A DNA stretch of 64,000 bases from Octopus sinensis (taxonomy: Eukaryota): NCBI RefSeq assembly GCF_006345805.1, contig NC_042999.1, forward strand, positions 1,178,001 to 1,242,000. Direction: 5' to 3'. The translations under genes and the position numbers were made by a program. A model generated the notes under the pieces. The model did no database searches. It was given only the letters and a program-made list of their open reading frames with translations, and was not told where the DNA came from. Of the stretch, positions 62,089-64,000 are shown piece after piece. The number at the start of each line of letters is the position of its first letter. Position 1 is the first letter of the stretch.

Positions 62089-62759
62089 AACAACAAACAA
62101 GATGAGGACAAATATCCGTCAAATGTAGATAATGTACATAATTCCTCATCTCTTAAATATAGAACTGCATTATATCATAGTTTCAAAACGAAATGCAGTG
62201 CCCTTGCTAGTAATTAATACCTAGATACCTGCTGCCAGGAATATGTTCAATACATAAATTTGTCTGTCCGATAGTGTTACAGCACTAAACTTAGTGGTTA
62301 TTTAAGCAATGCATTCGTGGGTAGTTGCTGGATTGGATGTGGTACTGACGAAAGAGCAATAACTCTTGAAATATGCATATACACTCAGTACCTACGTTTT
62401 CTATCTTTGATTGCGTTGTTTACATAAGTGTATTTGCATGTAGAACGTCGTAACTGCCAGTGTCAGCTTTAAATTCTGTTGACAATCTGTTGAGATAAAC
62501 TTAAACGTATAAAATGTAATATTCCCTTTTCATTTATTTATTTCCTTTCATCTCAAGAAAGAAATGATCATTGAATGTAACAGTTACATAACTAAGATGG
62601 CTCTTCTTGATCCTAATAGTTTAATTTTTAACACAAGGTCTCAGATCGATTCACAGGCTAGTCAGATAGTACTACAAAATCAATATTATGCTTTGTGTTC
62701 TATGTATGTATTCAGGGGAAAATAGCATCAAGTGACATGAGCTTTTCTTCATTAATGCG

Positions 62760-63330
62760 CAGAGTTTACGTATTTAGGTAGTAAGATAACGTTTTCAGGC
62801 GGCGCCGACGAAGACATTAAGACGAGAATAAGTAAGGCAAGGACCGCTTTTCACCTGTTAAAAAAAGAACAAAATAAGAATTTTTAACACTAACGTAAAA
62901 GCGGTGTTGTTGTATGGGACTGAGACATGGCGAACAACAGTTAAGTCAAATAAGCAAATACAATCATTCATCAACAGATGCTTGCGTAGTATACTTAAAA
63001 TTAGATGGACCGAACACATAAGCAATAGGGAGCTATGGCAAAGAACAAATCAAGTTTCGATTAGGGAGCAAATATTTAAGAAAAAGTGGAAGTGGATTGG
63101 TAGCACAATTAGAAAAGACACACCAAATGTAGTGAAAAGAGCCTTACAGTGGAAACCGGATGGATATAGAAGGAGAGGTAGGCCTAAGAACTCGTGGCAG
63201 AGATCAACAGAAAGGGAGCTAGAGAAAGGGGGACATTCATGGCAGAGTATAAGTACAGAAGCAAAAATTATGTGACATGGAATTCAACTATAAGTGGCCT
63301 ATACTCCGCGTTGGAGGGTTACAGGCATAA
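62760..63330 (+). mobile_element. RTE-clade LINE 3' fragment (second family)
   Basis: FTYLGSKIT, LLYGTETW, WKWIG and RRRGRPKNSW. Confidence 0.85.
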
Positions 63331-63670
63331 AGAAACAAAAGCTGTGGCCATTTCAGGAAGATCTTAACATATCTTACACATTTTTAACATGTGTTTTCTT
63401 TTCAAAGCCATAGAATGCGAAAATACATCAGCATAATTTTTCTTTGATCTCTGCAGATTCATAGAAAGATTCAAACCTAACATCACGAAATAATAAGTCG
63501 TTTAACATTGAATTATATGCTTCCGTTTCTTAGTGCAGAGTTTTGGTTATTGGAATTGAAATTACTAACATGTCTAAAATTTAATCAACTTCGACAGCTG
63601 CAATTGTGTATTGTAAATTATAAAGAATTATTGTGTTGAAAGCTAGTCATCACAATATTGTCGCTACTCC

Positions 63671-64000
63671 AAGGCGGCGAGCTGGCAGAAACGTCAGCAC
63701 GACGGGCGAAATGCAGAGGGATATTTCGTCTGTCGCTACGTTTTGAGTTCAAATTCCGCCGAGGTCGACTTTGCCTTTCATCCTTTCGGGGTCGATTAAA
63801 TAAGTACCAGTTACGCACTGGGGTCGATATAATCGACTTAATCCGTTTGTCTGTCCTTGTTTTTCCTCTCTGTGTTTAGCCCCTTGTGGGCAGTAAAGAA
63901 ATAGGTATTTCGTCTGTCTTTACGTTCTGAGTTCGAATTCCTCCGAGGTCGACTTTGCCTTTCATCCTTTTGGGGTCGATTGAATAAGTACCAGTTATGC
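63671..64000 (+). mobile_element. Tx1-tail SINE dimer (runs off the window)
   Basis: Full unit 63671-63903, then junction AAAGAAATA|GGTATTTCGTC at 63904. Confidence 0.9.

Noticed and set aside
53571-63903. tRNA genes
   Set aside because: The A/B-box sequences are SINE heads attached to core and tail modules and do not fold into full cloverleaves.

Overview
Eukaryotic, AT-rich, transposon-dominated DNA. The SINE/RTE repertoire suggests a cephalopod (octopus-like) genome; this is inference, not a database result. No host protein-coding gene can be supported. Positions 1-17161 are a same-strand, head-to-tail chain of L1/Tx1-type non-LTR retroelements. It holds two autonomous-type families (A and D: gag-like ORF1 + APE/RT/CCHC ORF2) and two pairs of ~1.7-1.8 kb elements encoding only a gag-like ORF1 ('half-LINEs' B1,B2 and C1,C2). 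It also holds an ~80-nt tail-only unit and a 5'-truncated A-family copy (E) with a 17-bp TSD. All share a short 3' tail with a 4-bp stem/5-nt loop hairpin. B tails match A, and C tails match D. The most abundant SINE in the rest of the window ends in the same tail and repeatedly forms multimers whose junctions start at GGTA-like sites, including a site inside its own head. The rest is a patchwork: mariner, DD41D, Helitron, piggyBac-, pogo- and Merlin/hAT-like MITEs; RTE, CR1, HERO- and R4-like LINE pieces; a 1.25-kb (GAGCC)n array; a 5.6-kb 29-bp minisatellite; many microsatellites; and a degenerate Penelope-type hammerhead motif. Coordinates were read by eye and may be off by a few bases. Many frameshifts may be sequencing errors.
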